In this document: positions 27,326-40,081 of the stretch, piece after piece
How positions within the stretch are numbered: position 1 is the stretch's first letter
How the letters are laid out: the number at the start of each line of letters is the position of its first letter
NCBI RefSeq assembly: GCF_006345805.1
Contig: NC_043001.1
Coordinates: forward strand, 70,742,001-70,806,000
Origin: Octopus sinensis
Taxonomy: Eukaryota
Length of the DNA: 64,000 nucleotides
Direction: 5' to 3'
The notes under the pieces: generated by a model
Seen by the model: the letters and a program-made list of their open reading frames with translations, nothing else
What the model was told of the DNA's origin: nothing
Databases searched by the model: none
Program-made: the position numbers and the translations under genes

Positions 27326-27647
27326 TAAATTAGAGATAAAACCACTATTAGGAAAATCAAACAGTGAAAAACATAAGCCAAAACATAGAGATAAAATTAA
27401 TTAATAAAATATACAAAATATATAAAATATAATTCAAAATTTAAATTATTTAAATTTAAATTTTAAATTAAATTTTTTTTTTATATTATTAATTTATACT
27501 TATAAATTTTTATATATATTAATTTAACTTTTGAATTTTATTTTATATATTTTGTATATTATATTAATTAATTTTATTTCTATGTTTTGGTTTATGTTTT
27601 TCACTGTTTGATTTGCCTAATATTGGTTTTATCTCTAATTTAATATA
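27321..27647. mobile_element. AT-rich foldback/MITE-like element with ~120-bp inverted arms
   Basis: TATATTAAATTAGAGATAAAACC.. at 27321 and ..GGTTTTATCTCTAATTTAATATA ending 27647; the arms match over most of their length. Confidence 0.8.
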
Positions 27648-27719
27648 CATATTTATACTGTAAAATTAGATTTAATCCTGAATCTAATTTTTCCCTGTAA
27701 GTTTGGATTTACTCCCTAA

Positions 27720-27751
<32 letters not shown>

Positions 27752-27889
27752 TACATACATACATACATACACACATGCGCATACACGCATATACCCACGC
27801 ACATGCTCACACCCAAATACAGACACACACACACACATGTAAAAACATGTAAAAATAGACAGTACAGAGAGATTACAGTATATTAATTC

Positions 27890-28330
27890 TTTATTGCAAA
27901 TAGCCATGCCACAAACACCGAAAGCAGCAGATTTTGACTTTCAAAGAGGGCGTATTGCATGTCAGCCTAAGGATGGACTGAGGCAGCATGATGTTGAACA
28001 TATACCCCGGATTTAATCGTGCCACAGTCAATAGAGTGTTGTTTAAAAATTTACCTCCTAAGGAGATGAGTTAACGAGCTCCTGCTTAAATACCTGGACC
28101 CCCTGACAGGTGGCTTAAGGAGAGGTATATACTATATTAATTTTGCAATATATTACGTACTTTGTCTTAGGATTAGCCAACGTACGATATAAGTATGGCT
28201 CTCCAATATCATCTTAGTTTGCTAAGGAATACTACGCTGCATTAGATAAATGTTTTCCAAAATCTAACAGAGAACACGATTTTAACAGGTACCGATTGAA
28301 TTTATCGTATGCTACTTCTAATAACCCAGA
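27890..28330 (-). mobile_element. Degraded 3' fragment of a CR1/L2-like LINE
   Basis: Minus strand resembles CR1-type C-terminal coding sequence (..QGVQVFKQEL..). Recognition only, multiple stops. Confidence 0.35.
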
Positions 28331-28687
28331 ATACTATATCAATAAGCATAATAATGATGAAATTAGAAGAGGAATTACATAACACGCTTAGTGGGTTCAT
28401 ACTCAGGAATGATATACATTTTGTCATGTTCAGAGTGATTTAAAAGATGCAACCACAGACTGAAATTAATGTTTCCGCGGTATTAGAGGAAAAGATGGTA
28501 GCTTGAATATCTCTGATTAACATGCTAAATTTTCTTTCTATTTACATACACTTATATCTCTCTTGATAAAATATCCTATGTATTCGTTTGCAGATATTTC
28601 AAAACAGTTTAGTGAGTGATAGGATTATTTGTTTGTGCGTATATATGAGTTTGGACTTGTATATATATATGTATGTAAATTGGTATT

Positions 28688-28727
<40 letters not shown>

Positions 28728-28750
28728 TAAATAGATAGATAGATAGATAT

Positions 28751-28797
<47 letters not shown>

Positions 28798-30400
28798 CAT
28801 AGATATGTGTGTGTGTGCGTGTGTGTATATATGTGTGTATATACAATACATACATGTGTAAATATATATAAAATATACATATATACATACGAGAAGGTGT
28901 AACCCATTTTAGATATTGTTTTTAGCTTTTTTCTTCCTTTATTTATCTTTGACTAGTGATGAGTATCACCCAACGACCGAATGAAATAATCTAAATGGTC
29001 TAAAATAGTGAATGTCAGTAAGATCAATAAATCTGGCTGGCAGAACAAAAATGTAACACCCGAAGAAGCATCCACATTGAATTGGAGTTAACTAAAATAT
29101 TGATATTAATATTAAGATTATCTTAAGTAAAATTTTATGAACATGGAAAATTTTCACATGATAAACCATTAAGCATATGAATTTCCACATGCAGTAATTA
29201 TTGTTATTATTATGTTTATCCTAAGCTGAAGGGAGTTCTACGTGTGTAACCATATAACCATAAAACCCGGGAGATGGAATTAACAGGTGATAACCGAAAA
29301 AGAGAAGCATGAGAGCTTTTAAGAACTCATTCGAGCTTTTGGCCCTATTGATGATGTTCCCTCTATAGGTACAAATTTAATTCTTTCCCAAATAAATTGC
29401 GCTTCATATTCGAGGCTCCGATGAAGCTGTACAGTGTTATTCACTCACTCAACTACGACTCAACAGCATCTTATAGCAGAAACAACAGTAAGGCTAATGA
29501 ATTTCGTAAGATAATCATTTATTCCTTTCTCATCTCTCTTTCTCAGTACCGCTCTATATTCAGCCACCACTTCGTTCTGAAACATACGTATACTAACCTC
29601 AACAGTGGGTGATTGGTCTCACAGTGCCTAAGCGAAATATATGTGTGTGTGTGTGTGTTTGTACACATACATACATACAAAGGGAGAGAGAGAGGAAGAG
29701 AAGGCGATAGGTTGTCAATAATTGAATTATGATTCCGTGTGATCTGAGTAATATATCAATTTGATAGTTTTATTTCAATATAAACACATACAAAGAAAGA
29801 TCGCAATCTCTGGGTTTATGTATTGACCAATAAAAATTTGGGAATTGGTCAGAAAAATGAGAATGGCTGTTTTATGTAACTCTAGCCGCCTGACATGCAT
29901 GGATAATTTCCGTATTCCATTTCATTTTTTCCTAAGTATACCCATAGAAAATATCTACCTACACCTAAGATTGGTGAAATGGTCAAATACAAACGAAAGG
30001 ACATATTAACCCAAATTTACTACTTACACCCTCAAAATGTTCAACAATACAAGCATTCATGATATAGCTTTGATAAAGGAAATAATGACGTAACATTTTA
30101 ATCGATCAAATATGGGATCAATAAAATATGCATCAATATTTGCTATTGTATTTGAACTGCACGTACTCTAAATCATGCATAAATCTCTCTATTTTTGTGG
30201 ATTTTTCTATCATATATTTGCTACTGTACACTAAATTTAAATAGAATTCATTCAGTGTTTGATCTTTGGATTTACACTTTGGACAGGTTACAGGAAATGG
30301 ATTTACAACCTACGTGGATTAAAATTTAGTTAGCCGGGTGTCATAACTTGAGAATGGCTACACAGCATTCACCGGCATCATTTCATCCATTTTTCATTTA

Positions 30401-30431
<31 letters not shown>

Positions 30432-30466
30432 ACATACACACACACACATACACACACACACACACA

Positions 30467-30509
<43 letters not shown>

Positions 30510-30515
30510 AACGAA

Positions 30516-31021
30516 GTGCTAGCGCTAAGCAGTGTTTAAAAATGAGCAGAATTTAGGTTAGTAGAAATATGTTAGCGACTTATTTCATCTGCTAAAAGGG
30601 AAATACATTGCAGTTTCTGTGGAAAATACATCTCTCCTATGGTAAAAAGGTGCGAAAACACCCGATTCGTTCAGTGTCACCATCTATTAGGAATCCCAGA
30701 CAACGATATTTCAAGTTTCGCAGCTCTTGTCTATGAGATCTACCTAACAAAGGCAACTCTGAAAGAACTTTTAAGCCAAGTTAAAAAGGTGTGAAAACAT
30801 CTAATCGACATGAGCCAAGAAGCTTGAAACATAGATACCTGGAATTCCTAACATATGGTGACACTGAAAGAACCGAGTGTTTTCACACCTTTTTACCATG
30901 AGATACGTTCTCCACAGTAACTGCAGTATATTTGCCTTTTAGCTGATGAAATATCTCTGAAACATATTTCAACTAATCTAAATTCTGCTCATGCCTAAAC
31001 ACTGCTTGGCGATACTAGCGC
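30516..31021. mobile_element. MITE-like element, ~505 bp, with ~145-bp imperfect terminal inverted repeats
   Basis: GTGCTAGCGCTAAGCAGTGTTT..GAGCAGAATTTAG..ATGGTAAAAAGGTGCGAAAACA is mirrored at 30878-31021. Confidence 0.75.
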
Positions 31022-31199
31022 AAATCATTCATGAAGCTACAGCTTCAGAAGTGCATTCAGAGTTGCATCATACACACACACACACATATATATATGTATG
31101 TATGTATATATGTATGTATGTATATATGTATGTATGTATATATGTATATATGTATATATATGTATATATGTATATTTAAATATTTATGTATATATATAT

Positions 31200-31390
31200 A
31201 TGGCACCGTGTTGGTCCAACATAAAAGCATGCAGTCAACGCTGCAAAGTGGTGGTGTTAGGAAGGGCATCCAGCCAGAAAACCCTTGCCAAACCAGAAGG
31301 GTGCCTAGACGTAGCCCCTGGCTTCTTGGCCCCTGTTAAACCGTTCAACCCATGGAAAATGGACGTTAAATGATGATGATGATGATGATA
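31200..31390 (+). mobile_element. RTE-type 3' tail fragment ending in (GAT)n
   Basis: TTAGGAAGGGCATCCAGC..GGACGTTAAATGATGATGAT resembles RTE-related 3' tails (recognition). Confidence 0.55.
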
Positions 31391-31789
31391 TGCATATCTA
31401 TACATACAAATATTATGTATATATTTATATCTGTATTTATATATAGCTACCTATCTATGTGTGTATGTGCGTGTGTGTGTGGTAACTTTCTGAAACGGAT
31501 AATTTAATAAAATTTTATACATGTACGTCTCAGATGGTGTAGATGAGGATTAGATCGGAATTTATTGTGTAAAGCATTTTTCTGTCATTTCTAAATAAAT
31601 TCAAATGGAGCCGAACCTTAACGTGGTTGTTTAGCATACTAGAAATAGCAGTTATTTGCCATAACGAAGCAGCCACTATTCTGATCTGCTAATACGCCGC
31701 AAAGAGGAAAGAAGTATTTTGCAGTAAACTAGGCGCCGTGATTATTTGATCTGGGAGCAATCGATCCAATCAGCTTAAGCCCGGCTCTG

Positions 31790-31863
<74 letters not shown>

Positions 31864-32466
31864 ATATATCGGATAGTGGTACAACAATACACCAATATTT
31901 ACTGGAAATAGCAGTCGATAATATACGACGCTATCTATTTAATTTATATATATATATTTATATATATACATACACAAGTTAGAAATAATGATCATTACAT
32001 TTATTAGAGCAAATATTTCCTTTATTAGAGCAAATATGACATACAGCTGTTTCCAGTAATCATATAGGTACATTACCGATAGGTTTACTCAATAGTTCCT
32101 TTGCTCAATTGAGGTGAATTGAACAACCTAAGAAAATCAATGCTAATTTTGTCAGAGCAATTTGTCGTTATAACAATCAGGGCACTGGAGGAATGGCTAT
32201 TGTATGGAGAAGGTGAGAGGAGAAGATGGAAATATTCAATTAAAATAGAGAAGAGAGGAAGAAAAAGGTGTGAAAGTAGGTAACGGGGTGGTATAGGAGT
32301 TACTTACTTGGAGAAGAAGCATTGTATTGCCAAATATGGACGAGGGATAGTCTAAAACATTAGTGTTTGTAGCCAGAGCAGCACCAATTGACATATTAGC
32401 GTTGTATATAAGTTACGTATTTTCCAGCTATTGTTTTGAAATTCGATTTGGTCAGTCCAAGACTGA

Positions 32467-32621
32467 AATTAGTCAATTTAGGGTAGCAAAAAAATTCAAT
32501 AGAAATTTATCGCTACCAGCGGCCTGGTGGAAAAGAGAAAATAGTCATCGACTAAATATATAAATATAACAATTTAGGAGTGACCCTAACAGGTCATTCG
32601 TCCACCAGAAAGAGCAGCCAT
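32467..32621 (-). repeat. 155-bp inverted copy of the array's 3'-terminal segment
   Basis: 32467-32621 is the reverse complement of 37946-38100 (ATGGCTGC..TTGACTAATT). Confidence 0.95.
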
Positions 32622-35600
32622 TAAATTAAGCTAATTTAATCATTAATGACACAGAAACGTTGCAACGTCTAAAAGATGAATTAGGGTAAATGTTTTTAAA
32701 TTTTCACCTAATTTCTGAATTACTACTACTTGGCGGTGTGAGTTATGGCTGCTCTTTCTGGTGGACGAATGACCTGTTAGGGTCACTCCTAAATTGTTAT
32801 ATTTATATATTTAGTCGATGACTATTTTCTCTTTTCCACCAGGCCGCTGGTAGCGATAAATTTCTATTGAATTTTTTTGTTACCCTAAATTGACTAATTG
32901 ATAATTTTCTGAATAATTCTGAGATTGAATCGGCAGTTTATATTTACTGCTGATAAGTTTGGCGCGAATACGTCAGTCTTGAAAATTTTAAGACAGATAT
33001 TCCGTAGGCATCGATACAGACGCCTCGTGTATATTTGTCTCTCCCAGGTTTTTTACTGATGAAGTGTAACCTATGGTAGATTGGCTTAATTTAATTTAAT
33101 TAAGCTAATTTAATCATTAATGACACAGAAACGTTGCAACGTCTAAAAGATGAATTAGGGTAAATGTTTTTAAATTTTCACCTATTTCTGAATTACTACT
33201 ACTTGGCGGTGGTGTGAGTTATGGCTGCTCTTCTGGTGGACGAATGACCTGTTAGGGTCACTCCTAAATTGTTATATTTATATATTTAGTCGATGACTAT
33301 TTTCTCTTTTCCACCAGGCCGCTGGTAGCGATAAATTTCTATTGAATTTTTTTGCTACCCTAAATTGACTAATTGATAATTTTCTGAATATTCTGAGATT
33401 GAATCGGCAGTTTATATTTACTGCTGATAAGTTTGGCACGAATACGTCAGTCTTGAAAATTTTAAGACAGATATTCCGTAGGCATCGATACAGACGCCTC
33501 GTGTATATTTGTCTCTCCCAGGTTTTTTACTGATGAAGTGTAACCTATGGTAGATTGGCTTAATTTAATTTAATTAAGCTAATTTAATCATTAATGACAC
33601 AGAAACGTTGCAACGTCTAAAAGATGAATTAGGGTAAATGTTTTTAAATTTTCACCTAATTTCTGAATTACTACTACTTGGCGGTGTGAGTTATGGCTGC
33701 TCTTTCTGGTGGACGAATGACCTGTTAGGGTCACTCCTAAATTGTTATATTTATATATTTAGTCGATGACTATTTTCTCTTTTCCACCAGGCCGCTGGTA
33801 GCGATAAATTTCTATTGAATTTTTTTGCTACCCTAAATTGACTAATTGATAATTTTCTGAATAATTCTGAGATTGAATCGGCAGTTTATATTTACTGCTG
33901 ATAAGTTTGGCGCGAATACGTCAGTCTTGAAAATTTTAAGACAGATATTCCGTAGGCATCGATACAGACGCCTCGTGTATATTTGTCTCTCCCAGGTTTT
34001 TTACTGATGAAGTGTAACCTATGGTAGATTGGCTTAATTTAATTTAATTAAGCTAATTTAATCATTAATGACACAGAAACATTGCAACGTCTAAAAGATG
34101 AATTAGGGTAAATGTTTTTAAATTTTCACCTAATTTCTGAATTACTACTACTTGGCGGTGTGAGTTATGGCTGCTCTTTCTGGTGGACGAATGACCTGTT
34201 AGGGTCACTCCTAAATTGTTATATTTATATATTTAGTCGATGACTATTTTCTCTTTTCCACCAGGCCGCTGGTAGCGATAAATTTCTATTGAATTTTTTT
34301 GCTACCCTAAATTGACTAATTGATAATTTTCTGAATAATTCTGAGATTGAATCGGCAGTTTATATTTACTGCTGATAAGTTTGGCGCGAATACGTCAGTC
34401 TTGAAAATTTTAAGACAGATATTCCGTAGGCATCGATACAGACGCCTCGTGTATATTTGTCTCTCCCAGGTTTTTTACTGATGAAGTGTAACCTATGGTA
34501 GATTGGCTTAATTTAATTTAATTAAGCTAATTTAATCATTAATGACACAGAAACGTTGCAACGTCTAAAAGATGAATTAGGGTAAATGTTTTTAAATTTT
34601 CACCTAATTTCTGAATTACTACTACTTGGCGGTGTGAGTTATGGCTGCTCTTTCTGGTGGACGAATGACCTGTTAGGGTCACTCCTAAATTGTTATATTT
34701 ATATATTTAGTCGATGACTATTTTCTCTTTTCCACCAGGCCGCTGGTAGCGATAAATTTCTATTGAATTTTTTTGCTACCCTAAATTGACTAATTGATAA
34801 TTTTCTGAATAATTCTGAGATTGAATCGGCAGTTATATTTACTGCTGATAAGTTTGGCGCGAATACGTCAGTCTTGAAAATTTTAAGACAGATATTCCGT
34901 AGGCATCGATACAGACGCCTCGTGTATATTTGTCTCTCCCAGGTTTTTTACTGATGAAGTGTAACCTATGGTAGATTGGCTTAATTTAATTTAATTAAGC
35001 TAATTTAATCATTAATGACACAGAAACGTTGCAACGTCTAAAAGATGAATTAGGGTAAATGTTTTTAAATTTTCACCTAATTTCTGAATTACTACTACTT
35101 GGCGGTGTGAGTTATGGCTGCTCTTTCTGGTGGACGAATGACCTGTTAGGGTCACTCCTAAATTGTTATATTTATATATTTAGTCGATGACTATTTTCTC
35201 TTTTCCACCAGGCCGCTGGTAGCGATAAATTTCTATTGAATTTTTTTGCTACCCTAAATTGACTAATTGATAATTTTCTGAATAATTCTGAGATTGAATC
35301 AGCAGTTTATATTTACTGCTGATAAGTTTGGCGCGAATACGTCAGTCTTGAAAATTTTAAGACAGATATTCCGTAGGCATCGATACAGACGCCTCGTGTA
35401 TATTGTCTCTCCCAGGTTTTTTACTGATGAAGTGTAACCTATGGTAGATTGGCTTAATTTAATTTAATTAAGCTAATTTAATCATTTATGACACAGAAAC
35501 ATTGCAACGTCTAAAAGATGAATTAGGGTAAATGTTTTTAATTTTCACCTAATTTCTGAATTACTACTACTTGGCGGTGTGAGTTATGGCTGCTCTTTCT

Positions 35601-38104
35601 GGTGGACGAATGACCTGTTAGGGTCACTCCTAAATTGTTATATTTATATATTTAGTCGATGACTATTTTCTCTTTTCCACCAGGCCGCTGGTAGCGATAA
35701 ATTTCTATTGAATTTTTTTGCTACCCTAAATTGACTAATTGATAATTTTCTGAATAATTCTGAGATTGAATCAGCAGTTTATATTTACTGCTGATAAGTT
35801 TGGCGCGAATACGTCAGTCTTGAAAATTTTAAGACAGATATTCCGTAGGCATCGATACAGACGCCTCGTGTATATTTGTCTCTCCCAGGTTTTTTACTGA
35901 TGAAGTGTAACCTATGGTAGATTGGCTTAATTTAATTTAATTAAGCTAATTTAATCATTAATGACACAGAAACATTGCAACGTCTAAAAGATGATTAGGG
36001 TAAATGTTTTTAAATTTTCACCTAATTTCTGAATTACTACTACTTGGCGGTGTGAGTTATGGCTGCTCTTTCTGGTGGACGAATGACCTGTTAGGGTCAC
36101 TCCTAAATTGTTATATTTATATATTTAGTCGATGACTATTTTCTCTTTTCCACCAGGCCGCTGGTAGCGATAAATTTCTATTGAATTTTTTTGCTACCCT
36201 AAATTGACTAATTGATAATTTTCTGAATAATTCTGAGATTGAATCGGCAGTTTATATTACTGCTGATAAGTTTGGCGCGAATACGTCAGTCTTGAAAATT
36301 TTAAGACAGATATTCCGTAGGCATCGATACAGACGCCTCGTGTATATTTGTCTCTCCCAGGTTTTTTACTGATGAAGTGTAACCTATGGTAGATTGGCTT
36401 AATTTAATTTAATTAAGCTAATTTAATCATTAATGACACAGAAACGTTGCAACGTCTAAAAGATGAATTAGGGTAAATGTTTTTAAATTTTCACCTAATT
36501 TCTGAATTACTACTACTTGGCGGTGTGAGTTATGGCTGCTCTTTCTGGTGGACGAATGACCTGTTAGGGTCACTCCTAAATTGTTATATTTATATATTTA
36601 GTCGATGACTATTTTCTCTTTTCCACCAGGCCGCTGGTAGCGATAAATTTCTATTGAATTTTTTTGCTACCCTAAATTGACTAATTGATAATTTTCTGAA
36701 TAATTCTGAGATTGAATCGGCAGTTTATATTTACTGCTGATAAGTTTGGCGCGAATACGTCAGTCTTGAAAATTTTAAGACAGATATTCCGTAGGCATCG
36801 ATACAGACGCCTCGTGTATATTGTCTCTCCCAGGTTTTTTACTGATGAAGTGTAACCTATGGTAGATTGGCTTAATTTAATTTAATTAAGCTAATTTAAT
36901 CATTAATGACACAGAAACGTTGCAACGTCTAAAAGATGAATTAGGGTAAATGTTTTTAATTTTCACCTAATTTCTGAATTACTACTACTGGCGGTGTGAG
37001 TTATGGCTGCTCTTCTGGTGGACGAATGACCTGTTAGGGTCACTCCTAAATTGTTATATTATATATTTAGTCGATGACTATTTTCTCTTTTCCACCAGGC
37101 CGCTGGTAGCGATAAATTTCTATTGAATTTTTTTGCTACCCTAAATGACTAATTGATAATTTTCTGAATAATTCTGAGATTGAATCAGCAGTTTATATTT
37201 ACTGCTGATAAGTTTGGCGCGAATACGTCAGTCTTGAAAATTTTAAGACAGATATTCCGTAGGCATCGATACAGACGCCTCGTGTATATTTGTCTCTCCC
37301 AGGTTTTTTACTGATGAAGTGTAACCTATGGTAGATTGGCTTAATTAATTTAATTAAGCTAATTTAATCATTTATGACACAGAAACATTGCAACGTCTAA
37401 AAGATGAATTAGGGTAAATGTTTTTAAATTTTCACCTAATTTCTGAATTACTACTACTTGGCGGTGTGAGTTATGGCTGCTCTTTCTGGTGGACGAATGA
37501 CCTGTTAGGGTCACTCCTAAATTGTTATATTTATATATTTAGTCGATGACTATTTTCTCTTTTCCACCAGGCCGCTGGTAGCGATAAATTTCTATTGAAT
37601 TTTTTTGCTACCCTAAATTGACTAATTGATAATTTTCTGAATAATTCTGAGATTGAATCAGCAGTTTATATTTACTGCTGATAAGTTTGGCGCGAATACG
37701 TCAGTCTTGAAAATTTTAAGACAGATATTCCGTAGGCATCGATACAGACGCCTCGTGTATATTTGTCTCTCCCAGGTTTTTTACTGATGAAGTGTAACCT
37801 ATGGTAGATTGGCTTAATTTAATTTAATTAAGCTAATTTAATCATTAATGACACAGAAACATTGCAACGTCTAAAAGATGAATTAGGGTAATGTTTTTAA
37901 ATTTTCACCTAATTTCTGAATTACTACTACTTGGCGGTGTGAGTTATGGCTGCTCTTTCTGGTGGACGAATGACCTGTTAGGGTCACTCCTAAATTGTTA
38001 TATTTATATATTTAGTCGATGACTATTTTCTCTTTTCCACCAGGCCGCTGGTAGCGATAAATTTCTATTGAATTTTTTTGCTACCCTAAATTGACTAATT
38101 GATA
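32621..38104 (+). repeat. Tandem array, ~474-bp unit, ~11.6 copies, near-identical
   Basis: Anchor GAAAC[G/A]TTGCAACGTC starts at 32654, 33128, 33602, 34076, 34550, 35023, 35496, 35969, 36441, 36914, 37382 and 37856. Confidence 0.97.
33048..33151 (+). ncRNA. Type I hammerhead ribozyme motif (first of 11 complete copies in the array)
   Basis: Helix I GUUUUUUA/UAAAAGAU; core CUGAUGA 33056-33062; 65-nt helix II region; GAAA 33128-33131; palindromic helix III ACGUUGCAACGU; GUC triplet 33141-33143. Confidence 0.75.
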
Positions 38105-38147
38105 TATATATATATTATATATTATATATATATATATAATATATAAT

Positions 38148-38240
<93 letters not shown>

Positions 38241-38272
38241 GGAGTGGCTGTGTGGTAAGTAGCTTTGCTAAC
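38241..38272 (+). mobile_element. 5' end of a family A SINE head, split by the Tx1 insertion (includes left TSD)
   Basis: GGAGTGGCTGTGTGGTAAGTAGCTTTGCTAAC matches the family A head; the SINE resumes at 43711. Confidence 0.85.
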
Positions 38273-38662
38273 CTCACTGACAGAAGAGTGACTTTGCTTA
38301 CCGCACTACGGTTTGGACGCGTTTTCTTCCCGGTAAGAGTTTTGCTGTGTTGTTAATTGTTGAATTCCTACTACTGAAAATTTGCCTTTAAACGTTGCTG
38401 AACTGTCTTGTTCTCCGGTTTTACCGGGAAATAATTGAATAATTTCTTACCGTTGAACTGTTAGCCACTGTGGCTTTTTATTTACGTGACTATATATAGT
38501 CCTGCCAGACTATTTTCGTGCCACTCCCCCGAATGGGGGTGGGAATTGGAATTTTTGAACTGCTTTTTTGAACTACTTTGGAAGAAAAACTTTCTATAGG
38601 TTTCCCAGTTTTGTGGGAAACCAATTCTCGTAATTTTTGTGTTGTCTAATTTCAACAGAATA

Positions 38663-40064
38663 ATGTCTGTTGAAATTATTCACGAAAGTAGTGCTCTTGA
38701 GGAGAGCAATGTTAAAAAATTTTCTGCGGTAGCCGCGGTGGCTACCGAGAACATTGACATCGATGTCAACCAGCTCGTCGAGCTATTTAAAAGAGTGCAA
38801 GAGGAGGGTGGTGATGTTAAAATGTCACCCTCCGCCAGTATCGTGGAGACCGAGAAGCGGACCGTAGTGTTTAAAACTTTCTGTCCACAAAGCAGAAGGT
38901 TCAAACACTTTGAAAAAAGCACCATCGAGAAATGCCTGTCCCCGATTTGGAAGGACATCGTGTACGTCGCCAGGGGACGGGCATATGGCACTGTGGATGT
39001 CCGCTTCTCGGGGGAAGAAATGACCCGCGGGCATTCTGTGAACCCCCTAAAAACCAAGGAGGTGGTACTTTTCCCAAGCTATAGGGGACGCAGGAGGTCC
39101 CGGGTCAGGATTGTAGAAGCCCCGCCGGAAGTAGATCCGGTAGAGGTAGTGGCCGCCTTGTTATACAAAAGGGCAGACAAATTAAAAATACTACAAGTAA
39201 CATGCTCTACCCCTCTATTTTGGCTCGGGCGTAACATTAATATATTAATTCAAGGAACAGCGGAGGACCTGCAGCTCCTTCCTGAGAGGGTGCTCGTGGG
39301 CGAGAACGTAGCCCTCAGGGTACAGGTCGAAGGCCGAAAACCCACCTGTTACGCCTGCGGCAAAAAGGGCCACATTCGTGTAGACTGTCCAGACAAGCAA
39401 AAGAAACCGCAGACACCAGGCCCCTCAGATAATAAAAAAGTTCCTACCCTTGCAAACACACCTACCCCTACAAAAACAAAAAATCCCACTCCCGCTGTTA
39501 CGGTGCCAACCCCAAAACAGACTGAAGAAAAAACCCAGCCCTCGCACTCACAAACCCCTACACTATTAAAACCTCCCACCCCCCTAAAAACTGCGGCGCC
39601 TACCGAACAAACTATTGATCCCCAGACGATACCATGGAGGTATCAGAGGGGGGATTTACACCAGTTCGTAAAAGAATTCGTGCAGCATCCCCGTCCACAT
39701 CCCCTACAAAAAATAATAAAAACAAAGACACACCACAGACACGGAAAAAAAATCCCGCTCAACTGGCCCAGAAAAAGAAGACAAAAACGAAAATGAACTC
39801 ATATTAATTGAATTCGACACACAAGACAAATACATAAACGATATTGTGGTTCAGCATCAGTCAGCAAGACTGTACAACAAATACAAAGATCGAAATAGAC
39901 ACGCGTGGATTGCGGAAACAACGTTCAAACAATTAAAAGACAGACACCCAAACGCCATCCGGCATATCGCAAACTTGCCGGACTATCTGAAGAAAGAGGA
40001 GAAAGAAGGGGCCCACAAACGTGTGGTGAGGTCGGCCCCCACCTCTCCAACGAAATGTAAGTAG
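38663..40064 (+). CDS. Tx1 ORF1, gag-like nucleic-acid-binding protein (frameshifted near 39630-39790)
   Basis: ATG at 38663; CYACGKKGHIRVDC zinc knuckle at 39347-39388; Pro/Thr-rich linker; probable continuation in ORF 39846-40064. Confidence 0.8.
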
Positions 40065-40081
40065 AACTTTTAATTTTTGTA

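Noticed and set aside
32458-32466. Left flank TCAGTCTTG (minus strand) also present further along the array unit
   Set aside because: Only 9 bp; it could reflect a template jump but cannot be distinguished from chance here.
32621-38104. CRISPR-like or rDNA/snRNA array interpretation of the tandem repeat
   Set aside because: No unique spacers, 474-bp near-identical units, eukaryotic context, and no resemblance to 5S, tRNA or snRNA sequences I recognise.
38101-38272. Functional link between the hammerhead array and the adjacent Tx1 element
   Set aside because: They are separated by (TA)n and a SINE head; the Tx1 TSD is internal to the SINE and no sequence is shared. Adjacency is most simply independent insertion.
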